Shown here: positions 10,698 to 21,082 of the stretch, one piece after another
How positions within the stretch are numbered: the first letter of the stretch is position 1
Layout: each line of letters starts with the position of its first letter
Assembly (NCBI GenBank): GCA_028874335.1
Contig: JAPPJY010000003.1
Span: 1,618 to 65,617, forward strand
Direction of reading: 5' to 3'
DNA from: Gemmatimonadota bacterium
GTDB lineage: Bacteria; Latescibacterota; UBA2968; GCA-2709665
DNA length: 64,000 nucleotides
Program-made: the position numbers and the translations under genes
Notes under the pieces: model-generated
Seen by the model: only the letters and a program-made list of their open reading frames with translations
Database searches by the model: none
What the model was told of the DNA's origin: nothing

Positions 10698-11846
10698 TCA
10701 GGCGTCCCCCGTTTTCCTGAACAGAAAGATGTATTCATGTTTAAAGACATAGAAGCCGCCGGCGAGGGCGCGGTAACGCCAGAGTTCCGCCTGATTGCGC
10801 TTGGACCGGGTCTCCTCGAAGTTCTTGACAACGATACTCTTCAGTGCGAATGGTCTGCTGAGCACTTCGTTCATACAATAGAAACCCAGCGGGATCCACT
10901 CTCCCCTTGAATATTTGTCTCCGACGACCAGCGCAAGGTATCGACCGGTCTCCAGGTACCGTGTCAGGTTGTCCACGGTCTGGCCGAACATGCGGAGAAA
11001 CTCATCCGTACTCCCTGCGTTCGAGAGATCGTCACCGTCTGCCGAGAATCTGATGATGTCGTGGTAAGGGGGATGCATGATCAGGAGTTGCGCCTTCTCA
11101 ACCCCGTGCTTCATCAGGATGCCGCGGACGTCCATTTCGCGGCTGTCGCCGACTTCGATTCCCGTCGTCACATCCTCCTGATTGGGCGTTGCATCCACGA
11201 GCTTTTGCGCTTCCGCGGCGATTTCCTCATTCAGTTCCAGGCCGATGCCGTTGCGCCCGAGCCGCCTGCACTCGATCAGCGTCGTCCCGCTGCCCGCAAA
11301 CGCATCGACCACCCAGTCATGACGGCGGGTGTAGCGAAGCATCAGCTGTTGAGGAATCTGCGGAACGAAATTTCCCCAGTACCATCCGAGATGTCCGCCC
11401 GATGTGTCCCGTCGATCGATGATCCAGAGACTGTCCGTGACGACGTTCTCGTACTCCTTCCACCTGAGGAGATTGATGTCGTTGATCGCCGTCTTCCTCA
11501 CCGCCTGGACGCCTTTACGCAACCGCCTGACGTAATACCTTGCGCGTTCGACCGTCTGCGCTTCCAGGATCTGATTCAGTTCCGATACAAGCACATCCCT
11601 GCGCAGGGACACCGTATCGGCGCCCGGGCTTATCTTCGAGGCTCCGCCGGAACCGCGTTCGGGAGATTCGATAACCTTCCGGACGCGCAGCGTTTTGCTG
11701 CGCAGAGAATCCACGTCCGTCTGGCCATAGATATCGTCGATCGCCTGAACGAACTTCAGTCTGTCGAATAACGCGCTCCCGTAACCCAGCGGCGACGCCG
11801 TCAGGTCGTCGGTATACTGCGCTCCCTGCTCGCTCGTTTCCCGCAC
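10698..11846 (-). CDS. N4/N6 DNA methyltransferase (orphan; TRM11/N6_N4_Mtase-like)
   Basis: GNFVPQIP, DAFAGSGTT (SAM motif I), HPPY (motif IV), KHEYIFLF; start uncertain (ORF opens at 12038). Confidence 0.85.
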   Translation of the reverse strand: MRETSEQGAQYTDDLTASPLGYGSALFDRLKFVQAIDDIYGQTDVDSLRSKTLRVRKVIESPERGSGGASKISPGADTVSLRRDVLVSELNQILEAQTVERARYYVRRLRKGVQAVRKTAINDINLLRWKEYENVVTDSLWIIDRRDTSGGHLGWYWGNFVPQIPQQLMLRYTRRHDWVVDAFAGSGTTLIECRRLGRNGIGLELNEEIAAEAQKLVDATPNQEDVTTGIEVGDSREMDVRGILMKHGVEKAQLLIMHPPYHDIIRFSADGDDLSNAGSTDEFLRMFGQTVDNLTRYLETGRYLALVVGDKYSRGEWIPLGFYCMNEVLSRPFALKSIVVKNFEETRSKRNQAELWRYRALAGGFYVFKHEYIFLFRKTGDA

Positions 11847-12065
11847 GGGGCCTGTTCCCTGGATGTTGGTGGACACGGGTCCTTGCGGACGGCGCTGACG
11901 GTTCGCGACGCTGCCCGGACCTGCGGTATGGTACTGAATTGTGACGGCTGATGCAAGAACAACAACGAAAACACCCGGACCCGGATGTAGCGCCGCTACC
12001 GACGAACATGCAAAAGGGGCCCGTGATGGATTCATCACAGGCCCATTAATATCAGCAATTTAAAA

Positions 12066-12142
12066 TGGTGGGCGATACTGGACTCGAACCAGTGACCTCT
12101 TGCATGTCAAGCAAGCACTCTAACCACCTGAGCTAATCGCCC
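12066..12142 (-). tRNA. tRNA-Val(GAC)
   Basis: Reverse complement GGGCGATTAGCTCAG...CTTGC-TTGACAT-GCAAG...GTTCGAGTCC...ATCGCCCACCA; cloverleaf with encoded CCA. Confidence 0.97.
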
Positions 12143-12173
12143 ATCCGCTTTCAACCCTCAATTCCGGTTCGCA

Positions 12174-12202
12174 AATCTACACGAAACCGTGGGCGAAGTC
12201 AA
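12174..12202 (-). promoter_or_regulatory. sigma70 promoter of tRNA-Val
   Basis: TTGACT-N17-TAGATT; same -10 as the tRNA-Phe promoter. Confidence 0.7.
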
Positions 12203-12417
12203 GCGGAATGTGGGATTGCGACGCCCAATCGGACCACTCCGGTTTCAGTCGTTTGACCTTGACATCCCTGTTCGATGAACGAATATTAACGATCCCGCGT
12301 CCGAAGATGCATCGTCGGGTTTCCGGAGCGTCCGGCGCGGCAAAGGCCCGGGCCGTGTGCGCCCGGAATCGTCGCTCGGGGATCGGGTACACCAATTATA
12401 GAAGGATTGACAATACC

Positions 12418-13500
12418 ATGAAAACCTATCAAGCCGCTCTCGTCGGTTGCAGCAGAATGGGCGCCTTCATCGACAACGAAGTGCCGCCTTCATTCGGCGC
12501 CTATTCGCATGCCGCGGGATACGAGGCGTGCGAGCGAACGGAACTGATCGCCTGTTCGGATTTGCGCACGGAAGCGATGAGGCAGGTCGGCATCCGGTAC
12601 GGGGTCCCTGAACAAAGGCAGTACCTCGACTACAGTGAGATGATCGAACGCGAGCAACCGGATATCGTCAGCGTAGCCACGCAGCCCGAACATCGCGCCG
12701 GGATCGTTGTCTTCGCGGCCGAACGTGGAGTCCGCGCGATCTATGGCGAAAAGGCCATGGCCGCATCGCTCGACGAAGCCGACGCGATGGTGGAGGCGGT
12801 CGAGCGGGCGGGCGCGGTTTTCAATATGGGCACGAACCGGCGCTGGCATCCGGGATACGATGCGATGGCGGACGTGATCGACAGCGGACGCATAGGCCGG
12901 TTGAGATCGCTGATCGCGCATCAGACGGGCCCGCTGTTCAATGGCGCCAGCCACAGCTTCGACCTGCTGATGAGGCTCAACGGCGACAATCCCGTGGCGT
13001 GGGTCCAGGCCCATCTGCCGAACGGAGACCGGGTGATCGACGGCGAACGCCTGACCGAGGACCCGGTTGGACACGGGATCCTGCAGTTCGAAAACGGCGT
13101 CACCGCATACGCGCTCAATTCAGGGCGCGGCATGGAAGTGGAGGCCGTGGGCGACGCGGGCGTGGTCACGGGCCTGCTCAACGACAAAGAGTGGCACCTG
13201 CGCGAACACGGCGCCAGGGACCACCGCGGACGGTCCGTGCTTGTGCCGGGGAAATTTCCGCCATTCGAGCGGGCCAGTTCAACCGTTCGGCTGATCGAAG
13301 ACCTCGTGCGCTCGCTGGACACCGGAGAACCGCCGCGCGGGGGCGTCAGAACGGCGCGCGCCAATACCGAACTCATCTTCGCGTTCGTCGAGTCACACGT
13401 CCGGGGCGGGGCAAGGGTGGCGTTACCGTTGAGCGGAAGCAAATACCGTCTCCAAAGAGACAGGCCGCCGCGAGAGCCGAAATATCAGCGTCAGGAATGA
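12418..13500 (+). CDS. Gfo/Idh/MocA family oxidoreductase
   Basis: ALVGCSRMG, DIVSVAT, GEKAMA, GTNRRW, SHSFD; GAAGGA RBS. Confidence 0.88.
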   Translation: MKTYQAALVGCSRMGAFIDNEVPPSFGAYSHAAGYEACERTELIACSDLRTEAMRQVGIRYGVPEQRQYLDYSEMIEREQPDIVSVATQPEHRAGIVVFAAERGVRAIYGEKAMAASLDEADAMVEAVERAGAVFNMGTNRRWHPGYDAMADVIDSGRIGRLRSLIAHQTGPLFNGASHSFDLLMRLNGDNPVAWVQAHLPNGDRVIDGERLTEDPVGHGILQFENGVTAYALNSGRGMEVEAVGDAGVVTGLLNDKEWHLREHGARDHRGRSVLVPGKFPPFERASSTVRLIEDLVRSLDTGEPPRGGVRTARANTELIFAFVESHVRGGARVALPLSGSKYRLQRDRPPREPKYQRQE

Positions 13501-13551
13501 GCCGGCCGGGACCGGGAACCGGCGTGAGCGTCCATAAGACCGATCCCGTGG

Positions 13552-13935
13552 TTACAAAGGCTCGGATCGGTAGACGATCTGCAACAGATTGCCTTCAGGA
13601 TCCGCCACGAAGTTGAACCGGGTCCCCGCGGACGTCTCCCGGTACGGCCCCACAAACGCGGCGCCACGGTCCTCCAGCATCCTGGACGCCGAATCGAAAT
13701 CATCCACTTTCAGCGCAATGTGCCGGATGCCCGCGTCGTCGGCGGCGCAGACCGCGGGCGCCCTGTCGTTTGACGGCAGGAACTCCAGAATCCCTCCGCC
13801 CGGCAGGCGCACAAAATACGTCAGATTTTCTTCGTTTTCGAGAATCATCTCAAAACCGAGGATGTCGCAGTACCAGCGCGCGAGCGCTCCGGAGTCGGCA
13901 GCAACAATCGCGATATGCTCAATCGACTGGATCAT
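13552..13935 (-). CDS. VOC/glyoxalase family protein
   Basis: C-terminal part of ORF 13552..14397: MIQSIEHIAI, GIRHIAL, DPEGNLLQI; ATG overlaps the upstream stop. Confidence 0.85.
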   Translation of the reverse strand: MIQSIEHIAIVAADSGALARWYCDILGFEMILENEENLTYFVRLPGGGILEFLPSNDRAPAVCAADDAGIRHIALKVDDFDSASRMLEDRGAAFVGPYRETSAGTRFNFVADPEGNLLQIVYRSEPL

Positions 13936-14960
13936 ACGTCCTCCATCGTTGACATGCTGATTTCGCGGCCGTTTTTGAGCGAAGCATCGACCGCGGATGC
14001 CACACGGACGACCGCCAGCCCGTCCCGCGGCGTGATCAGCGGCTTCCACAGGTCCAGAACCGCACCCGCGAAGTGCCGTATCAGCGAGCGCGACATGCCC
14101 TCGGTCTGCCCGTGGACGTCCGGCGCGACGGATGTGTCCGGATACGCGGCGTCGCCGCCGCGGTAGACCGCAATACCGGTTTCGTACGGAAGCACCTCCA
14201 CCGCACCGGCCGTGCCGCGTATGGTGAACAACTGGTTCTGCGGCCGTCCCGCCATGGTCGGCGAACCCCATACGTTTTCGAGGACGGCAACGGCGCCGCA
14301 GTCGAAGGTCAGCACGACGACGATGAGGTCCTGCCGGCCGCACCCGCCGGACCGTGCGTAGGCCCTGACCCGGTCGACCGCGCTGCCGGTCGTCCACAGC
14401 GCCAGATCGATGTCGTGGGGCAGCAGCCAGTACGCAAGGGGAAAACGGCCGAGTACCCGATCCACCGCTCCCGGCTGCGAGGACCTGCGGCTGTAGATAT
14501 GGAGGACCTCACCGACGTCTCCGCGGGCGACGGCCTGCCGCATTTCGGCGAAACGGGGGTCGAAACGCAGGCTGTGGCATACCATGAGATGGACGCCGGC
14601 ACGGCCCGCATCATGAACCATCCGGACGGCATCTGAAGGAGACGTCGCCAGCGGCTTTTCCACCAGGACATGCTTCCCGGACGCCAGGCAGGCGCCAACC
14701 GGGTCGGCGTGCGCCCATTCGGACGTGGCAACGACGACCGCTTCGATCCGCGGATGGTCGGCGAGCATGTCGCGGTAACGGGCGCCGGTATAGAACGGCA
14801 CCCACAATTCCGTCGCGACGGCTCGGGCGGTGACCTCGCCATGACCGCATACGGCCACCAGATTCGTCAGCGCACACTGATCGAGGATCCGCGCATAAAG
14901 CCCGCCCATCCTGCCGGGGCCGATAACGGCGACACACAATGGTTCTACCGGTTTTGCCAT
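13932..14960 (-). CDS. Gfo/Idh/MocA family oxidoreductase
   Basis: VAVIGPGRMG, HVLVEKPLA, HSLRFDP, HDID. Confidence 0.9.
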   Translation of the reverse strand: MAKPVEPLCVAVIGPGRMGGLYARILDQCALTNLVAVCGHGEVTARAVATELWVPFYTGARYRDMLADHPRIEAVVVATSEWAHADPVGACLASGKHVLVEKPLATSPSDAVRMVHDAGRAGVHLMVCHSLRFDPRFAEMRQAVARGDVGEVLHIYSRRSSQPGAVDRVLGRFPLAYWLLPHDIDLALWTTGSAVDRVRAYARSGGCGRQDLIVVVLTFDCGAVAVLENVWGSPTMAGRPQNQLFTIRGTAGAVEVLPYETGIAVYRGGDAAYPDTSVAPDVHGQTEGMSRSLIRHFAGAVLDLWKPLITPRDGLAVVRVASAVDASLKNGREISMSTMEDV

Positions 14961-15039
14961 AGGATTCCCGCGAATGCGTTGGAGTCACGTCGCGAGGGAT
15001 GCTGAACGCGGTCTCTTCGACAACCTGTCAGGAGGGTTT

Positions 15040-16476
15040 ATGCTGCGCACGGCGATCGGCTTTCTGCTTTTCACCCTGTATGCAAATGGCATAATCCCGG
15101 TTGCGGCCGACGAACCGTCGACCGACGGCCGGGCACTCTACGTCCAGTACTGCGCGACCTGTCACGGACAGAACCTGGAGGGCGTCACGGCGCCCAGTCT
15201 GATCGACGGTGTCTGGATCTACGGCGGACGGGGGAACATCGCCCGCAACATCATGTTCGGCATCGTCCAGCAGGGGATGCCCGCGTTCGGAGAAGCGCTC
15301 ACGCGGAAGCAGATCAACGCCATCTCGGCATTCATCCGGGAGGCCGAAAAATCGGCGGGCGCCACAAAACCGCCCATTCCCGACACACTCGACACCTACG
15401 ACTACCGCATCCGCGTGGAACGCTGGGTTGAGGGCCTTCGGCTCCCATGGTCGATCGCGTTCCCGGACGCCGGCACCGCGCTCATCACCGAACGGCCCGG
15501 AAGGCTTCGCGTGGTTAAGAACGGCGTATTGCAACCCGATCCCGTCGCCAATACGCCACCCGTTCTGCACCAGGGACAGGGCGGCCTCATGGATGCGGCC
15601 GTCGATCCCGCCTATCGGGAAAACGGCTGGATCTACCTGTCATACAGCCACGCGCTCAGGGACACGTCCGAGAGCGAGCGACCGCCCGCAATGACGCGCC
15701 TCGTACGGGGGCGAATGAAAGACAACGCCTGGGCCGATCAGCAGGTCGTCTACGAAGCGCCGCACGAGACCTACGGCAGGACCCGCCACCATTACGGGTG
15801 CCGCATCGTCTTCGATCCTGAGGGGTATCTCTATTTCCCCGTCGGAGACCGGGGAATTCCCCGGTACGCACAGGACCTGGGACACCCCGGCGGCAAAATC
15901 CACCGTATCCACCGGGACGGCCGGATTCCCGATGACAACCCCTTTCTAAAACGGGAAGGCGCCCTTCCCAGCATTTACAGCTTCGGCCAGCGAAACCCGC
16001 AGGGCCTCGCCGTGCATCCTGTTACAAGCGCGTTATGGGAGAGCGAGCACGGGCCGATGGGCGGCGATGAGATCAACCTGATAAGGGCCGGGATCAACTA
16101 CGGCTGGCCGACGATCACCTACGGGCGAAACTACAACGGGACGCCTGTATCGGAATTCGAGAGTAAACCCGGCCTGGAGCAACCCGTTCTGTTCTGGCGG
16201 CCCTCCATCGCGGTGTGCGGCATCGACTTCTATCGCGGCGACCTTTTTCCGAAGTGGAAGAACCGCCTGCTCGTGGGCGCTCTTGCATTTGAGGAAGTCC
16301 GCCTCCTCACGATCGAGAACGACCGCGTGATCTACCAGGAAACCATCCTCAAGAATGCCGGCCGCGTGCGCGACGTGGCGAGCGGACCCGACGGGGCCAT
16401 CTACGTCGTTCTGAACAACCCCGGAACCGTACTGCGCCTGACACCGATCACACCTGAAGACCTCAACGAATTCTGA
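15040..16476 (+). CDS. cytochrome c + PQQ-dependent sugar dehydrogenase (GSDH/YliI-like) fusion
   Basis: Signal peptide, CATCH heme motif plus GMP, ITERPGRLR, GQGGL, RNPQG, EHGPMGGDE, NYGWP, RVRDV. Confidence 0.92.
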   Translation: MLRTAIGFLLFTLYANGIIPVAADEPSTDGRALYVQYCATCHGQNLEGVTAPSLIDGVWIYGGRGNIARNIMFGIVQQGMPAFGEALTRKQINAISAFIREAEKSAGATKPPIPDTLDTYDYRIRVERWVEGLRLPWSIAFPDAGTALITERPGRLRVVKNGVLQPDPVANTPPVLHQGQGGLMDAAVDPAYRENGWIYLSYSHALRDTSESERPPAMTRLVRGRMKDNAWADQQVVYEAPHETYGRTRHHYGCRIVFDPEGYLYFPVGDRGIPRYAQDLGHPGGKIHRIHRDGRIPDDNPFLKREGALPSIYSFGQRNPQGLAVHPVTSALWESEHGPMGGDEINLIRAGINYGWPTITYGRNYNGTPVSEFESKPGLEQPVLFWRPSIAVCGIDFYRGDLFPKWKNRLLVGALAFEEVRLLTIENDRVIYQETILKNAGRVRDVASGPDGAIYVVLNNPGTVLRLTPITPEDLNEF

Positions 16477-16509
16477 GCCGGACGCCGATCCCGCGAAGCG
16501 CCGGGCGCC

Positions 16510-17340
16510 TCAGCCTGCGTCAAGGCCTTCGAGAATGCCCTTCAGGTAGCCGATGCTTCTTGCCGCAATCGTCTCCGGGTCCGGTTCGAAATCGAACACT
16601 TCAACCGACACATAGCCGCTGTAGCGCAGTTCCCTGAGCTTCTTCAGTATGGGGGCGAACTGAAGCTCGCCGAATCCCGGTCCGCGCAAATTGGGGTCGT
16701 TCACGTGCACGTGCCGCATCGCACTTCCCGCCCGGTCGATGACCTCGGGATGGGACATGGCCTCAGTAGACGCCGCGCGGCAGTCCACCATGGTCTGGAA
16801 GTTCGGATGCCCGACGGCCTCGACCAGCTTCAGGGCTTCGGCCACGCCGGTCACGAAATTGGTCTCCTGGTCGGTCAGCGGCTCGATACAATAGGTAACG
16901 CCCCTTTGGGCCATCAGATCAGCGCACCCTGCGAACAGCTCCGCGGCGCGGGCAAAGCAGTCGTCGGCGTTCCATCCCTCCTGAATATTCCGCTGCTGCG
17001 GAGAGCCGTGAATCATCACGCGTCCTCCGAGGTCGCCGCAGAAATCGATCAGCGCTTTCACGTAATCCTGCGTGCGCTGCCACACCCGGCGGTCCGGATG
17101 GTTGATGTACAGCCCGGCGGGTTTTACGAGCAGCCAGTGCAGCCCCACGATCTCCACGCCCGCCGCTTCCGCCGCCTGTCTGATGTCCCGCCGCCGGACC
17201 GATGAAATGTCGTGTGCGGACTCCGCCAGGGTGAATGGCGCGATCTCCACCCCGTCGCATCCGATCCGGGCGGCATAGTCGAACACGCGCTCGATCTCCC
17301 AGCCCTCGAAAAACTCGTTGCAGACCGCAAGTTTCATCAC
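16510..17340 (-). CDS. sugar phosphate isomerase/epimerase (xylose-isomerase-like TIM barrel)
   Basis: EIAPFT, GSP..R, IEPL...ETNF, HVHVND, SVEVF. Confidence 0.88.
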   Translation of the reverse strand: MMKLAVCNEFFEGWEIERVFDYAARIGCDGVEIAPFTLAESAHDISSVRRRDIRQAAEAAGVEIVGLHWLLVKPAGLYINHPDRRVWQRTQDYVKALIDFCGDLGGRVMIHGSPQQRNIQEGWNADDCFARAAELFAGCADLMAQRGVTYCIEPLTDQETNFVTGVAEALKLVEAVGHPNFQTMVDCRAASTEAMSHPEVIDRAGSAMRHVHVNDPNLRGPGFGELQFAPILKKLRELRYSGYVSVEVFDFEPDPETIAARSIGYLKGILEGLDAG

Positions 17341-17480
17341 CGAAACCTCCAGGTGTCCCGTCCCGGAAAAATCTCACCGTCCGGCAACCTGTTACCGGGA
17401 AAGAACACACACGTTCAGGAACACAATACGGGCGCCACGACGGGGACGGATACCGCAACAGTTCGGCGCCGACAAAATCC

Positions 17481-17509
17481 TTGACAGAAGACCCGGATTT
17501 CTCTAACAT
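17481..17509 (+). promoter_or_regulatory. sigma70 promoter of the ABC ATPase gene
   Basis: TTGACA-N17-TAACAT. Confidence 0.65.
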
Positions 17510-17557
17510 AAACGGGCTGTCTACAAAATTCAAGAAAAACGTTCAGGAGATGCCGTT

Positions 17558-18346
17558 ATGGCGCAGGCGCCGGACGCCCGATCCGCAGATCAGGAAAACG
17601 AAGACCACATCATCGAGGTGCATGACGTCTGGAAAACCTACTCGATGGGAGACCAGGAAGTCCACGCGCTTCGCGGCGTCTCGTTGAACGTCATCCGGGG
17701 CGAGTACCTCTCCATCATGGGTCCCTCCGGTTCCGGCAAGACAACGCTTTTCAACATGGTTGGCGCCCTGGATCGCCCCTCCAAAGGTAATGTCGTCGTC
17801 AATGCAATCGAAATGGGATCGCTCAGCCAGGCGCAGATCGCCTATCTGCGCTGCCACAATATCGGTTACATTTTCCAGAGCTTCAACCTGATCCCCGTCA
17901 TGACCGCCCTGGAGAACGTCGCGCTCCCCATGGTTTTTTCAGGTATGAAAAAGTCGGAATACGAAGAAAAGGCCGCTCACAAACTCACTCAGGTGGGTCT
18001 GGGTGAACGCCTGAAGCACAACCCTTACGAACTCTCGGGAGGGCAACAGCAGCGCGTGGCCATCGCCCGCGCCATTGCCAATGACCCGGACCTGGTACTG
18101 GCGGATGAACCCACGGGCAACCTGGACCTCAAGACCGGTCAGGAGATCATCGAGTTGCTGCAGAGACTCCAGTCCGACAGCGGTGTCACCATCGTCACGA
18201 ACACGCACGACCACAAGATGCTGGTGGCGTCCGACCGGGTTGTGGACCTGCGGGACGGACAGGTGGAACTGGTGCGGAGGCGGGATGAGATCGACATTCA
18301 GGAAGGACGGATCGAAGGGCTGGATATCGAAGAATTGAGCAACTGA
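17558..18346 (+). CDS. ABC transporter ATP-binding protein (LolD/MacB/FtsE class)
   Basis: [42 protein letters not shown]. Confidence 0.96.
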   Translation: MAQAPDARSADQENEDHIIEVHDVWKTYSMGDQEVHALRGVSLNVIRGEYLSIMGPSGSGKTTLFNMVGALDRPSKGNVVVNAIEMGSLSQAQIAYLRCHNIGYIFQSFNLIPVMTALENVALPMVFSGMKKSEYEEKAAHKLTQVGLGERLKHNPYELSGGQQQRVAIARAIANDPDLVLADEPTGNLDLKTGQEIIELLQRLQSDSGVTIVTNTHDHKMLVASDRVVDLRDGQVELVRRRDEIDIQEGRIEGLDIEELSN

Positions 18347-18372
18347 GACACAGCGGGGCCCGACAAGAAACG

Positions 18373-18402
18373 AGGCGTTCGTCTGAACGACGAACGCCTT
18401 TC
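18373..18402. terminator. hairpin between convergent genes
   Basis: AGGCGTTCGTC...GACGAACGCCT followed by T/C-rich sequence. Confidence 0.55.
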
Positions 18403-18446
18403 CTGTATACCGCTTTCCGCAACGACTCGCAAAGCCGATCCGGGAG

Positions 18447-18638
18447 TCACTCCTCGGCCCGGTCGCCGGCCGGGCCGTAGAGCAGGTCGTAGTAACCGTT
18501 CTGCTCGAGACGGCGGATCATTTCGCGAATCATGGCGTCGTCTACGCGAAACATCTCGGCAATCTGTTCGGGCGTGCTGCCGTCCCGCACCAGTTCGATC
18601 AGGCGGTCGCGACTCACAATGAGTTCGGGAACGGCCAT
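18447..18638 (-). CDS. small (63 aa) HTH-like hypothetical protein downstream of tRNA-Phe
   Basis: MAVPELIVSRDRLIELVRDGSTPEQIAEMFRVDDAMIREMIRRLEQNG; GGAG RBS; the longer ORF start overlaps the tRNA and was rejected. Confidence 0.6.
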   Translation of the reverse strand: MAVPELIVSRDRLIELVRDGSTPEQIAEMFRVDDAMIREMIRRLEQNGYYDLLYGPAGDRAEE

Positions 18639-18688
18639 CGACGTGCTCCGGATCCGGGGAACTATCAGGGTGTTATTGTGGAAACAAA

Positions 18689-18764
<76 letters not shown>

Positions 18765-18812
18765 TCCATTCCTCGGGAAAATGCATTGTTCCCGTTGTAC
18801 GACAAAGGCGGG

Positions 18813-18841
18813 AATCTAACAAAACAAGGCACGGATGTCAA
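18813..18841 (-). promoter_or_regulatory. sigma70 promoter of tRNA-Phe
   Basis: TTGACA-N17-TAGATT. Confidence 0.7.
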
Positions 18842-18988
18842 GACAGTTGCGATTGTTTAAAGCGGTATGGCCGTATGGTCAGGTCTGCGAATACGGACCA
18901 CGCGCAACCGGTCCGCCCGACAGTTTGACGCGCATATCCGATCACGTCATCAGGCCGGAACGAAGCCTGCTCGAGAGAGTGCCGATCG

Positions 18989-20995
18989 ATGGCCGGCGCT
19001 GAACGAACAGCCGAAGCAATTGAACCGGACGCGGCTCCCGCCGGGTCAGCGGGCGGGGTCACTGTCCGGTCCGTGGTTTCCGGCCTGTTGCTCGTCCTCG
19101 GCCTGGATGCCCTGGCGGTCCACCTCCGGTACGTCGTACACGGCTCGCTGATGACGTACAGCCATGTGCCGATGGCCATGCTCATCGTGTTTGTGCTGAT
19201 GATCATGGCCGGCGCGCTCCTGGCGCGGATATCCGGATGGAAGCTTGCGCCGGCGGAATGGCACGTCATTCTGGCCATGGGCGTCGTCGGCGCGGCTGTT
19301 CCCGGTTTCGGTCTGAGCGGCTATCTGCTTGGGTACATCGCATCCCCGTACTATTTCGCGACCGAAGTCAACGAATGGCATATCTACCTGCATCCGTACA
19401 TCAACCCCTGGCTGATCCCTTCAGACGAAGACAAGGCCGTCACGTGGTTCTTTGAAGGCGCTCCCAAAGGCGCGCAGGTCCCGTGGGATGCCTGGGTGCT
19501 TCCACTGTTGTGGTGGACCACGTTCATCGTCGCGGCATTCGTGGTCCTCGGCTGCGTGGCCGTCATCTTTCGCAGACAATGGGTACAGAACGAACGACTG
19601 GCATTTCCGGCGATGGCGCCCCTGATTCACATGGCGGAAGAACCCGGCAGTGGAAGATTCGCACTCCCTGATTTCACGAAGAACTACCTGTTCTGGATCG
19701 GCTTCGGGCTGGCCTTCGGAATGATCGCCTGGAACTGCATCAACTATTTCCTCCCCGGCTTTCCACGGTTTCCGGTCTATCGGGGCCGTTGGCTCTGGAT
19801 CGACCGTCAGCATCCGCCCGCCTATTTCTTCATCGGTCTGTTTACCATCTTCTTCTCCTATTTCGCCAGCCTAGACGTTCTGTTCAGCATCTGGTTCTTC
19901 GACCTGCTGTTCATTTCCGAAGGCGGCTGGCTGCACCGCCGGGGGTTTACGGCCATATCGCCGTACTATTACCGCGGCGTCTATTACTGGCAGACCAAGG
20001 GCGCATTCGCCATGCTGGCCGCCTCGGTCTTCTGGGTAGGCAGACGCCACATCAGGGACGTGTTCCGCAAGGCATGGAACCGGGACCATCCGATGGACGA
20101 CCGGGACGAACCGCTCTCCAGCCGTACGGCCGTCGTCGCCATGCTCGTCGGGCTCGCGTTCATGTGGCTCTGGCTCTGGCGCATCGGCTTCGACCCGCTT
20201 CTGGCGGCCCTGCTCCTTCCGGCGGTCATCTTCACGTATGTCGGCCTGGCCAAGATTCTCGCGGAGACCGGCATGCCGTACACCAACGTGCCGGCGGGTC
20301 CGTGGGGTCTCGTATCGCCTTTCATCGGGTCATCGACCGTCAACGAAAGCACGCGGGTCGCCCTCCGGTTCGCGTCCAGGATCACCTCCCACTTCAAGGG
20401 GCTCTTCCTGCCGGCCCTTGCGCACGCCGGGCGGGTTGCGGAGGGCGTCCGGGGCGGCCGGCGGCGTCTTGCGTATGCCGTCGTCCTCGCATTTATGGTC
20501 AGTTGGATCGCGAGTGTGCTGCTCACGATCCAGCTGGGATACCGGGACGGCGCCTACAATTTCAACTCCTGGGAAATCGTGCGCGCGGGGCCCAAGCATT
20601 TCGATGGCACCGCGACTTCCGTCAAGAACTTCCTGACAAAACCCCCGGATCCGCCCGTCTACCGCGAACATCCCGACTATATGGTGTTTTTCGGCCTGGG
20701 CGGCCTGGCCACGCTCCTGCTCATTTTTATGCGTCACCGTTTCGTATGGTGGCCGTTGCATCCTGTCGGACTGGCCATTTCGGGTTCGTACCTGGCCCGG
20801 CGAACCAGCTTGACGATATTGCTGGCATGGCTGGTCAAACTGGTCATGCTAAAGATGGGCGGGCCTTCCGTATACAGGAAATCGCGCCCCCTGTTCATCG
20901 GCCTGCTCGCCGGATATATACTCGGTGTCGCCCTCTCGGCCTTTATAGACGTCCTGTGGTTCCCGGAACGGGGCCACAGCGTTCACCGCTTCTGA
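18989..20995 (+). CDS. polytopic membrane protein, DUF6785/DUF6784-like (OPT-superfamily-like putative transporter)
   Basis: Many TM segments; VPWDAWVLPL, RRQWVQNERLAFP, RFVWWPLHPVG, GGPSVYRKSRPLFIGL. Confidence 0.75.
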   Translation: MAGAERTAEAIEPDAAPAGSAGGVTVRSVVSGLLLVLGLDALAVHLRYVVHGSLMTYSHVPMAMLIVFVLMIMAGALLARISGWKLAPAEWHVILAMGVVGAAVPGFGLSGYLLGYIASPYYFATEVNEWHIYLHPYINPWLIPSDEDKAVTWFFEGAPKGAQVPWDAWVLPLLWWTTFIVAAFVVLGCVAVIFRRQWVQNERLAFPAMAPLIHMAEEPGSGRFALPDFTKNYLFWIGFGLAFGMIAWNCINYFLPGFPRFPVYRGRWLWIDRQHPPAYFFIGLFTIFFSYFASLDVLFSIWFFDLLFISEGGWLHRRGFTAISPYYYRGVYYWQTKGAFAMLAASVFWVGRRHIRDVFRKAWNRDHPMDDRDEPLSSRTAVVAMLVGLAFMWLWLWRIGFDPLLAALLLPAVIFTYVGLAKILAETGMPYTNVPAGPWGLVSPFIGSSTVNESTRVALRFASRITSHFKGLFLPALAHAGRVAEGVRGGRRRLAYAVVLAFMVSWIASVLLTIQLGYRDGAYNFNSWEIVRAGPKHFDGTATSVKNFLTKPPDPPVYREHPDYMVFFGLGGLATLLLIFMRHRFVWWPLHPVGLAISGSYLARRTSLTILLAWLVKLVMLKMGGPSVYRKSRPLFIGLLAGYILGVALSAFIDVLWFPERGHSVHRF

Positions 20996-21082
20996 TCGGC
21001 GTCCGGCGGCGAATGACCGGGGTCGGAAACCGGGTACCCGCAACCGTAGCGGCACTGCAGAAGCCTTGATCCGGATGACTCA

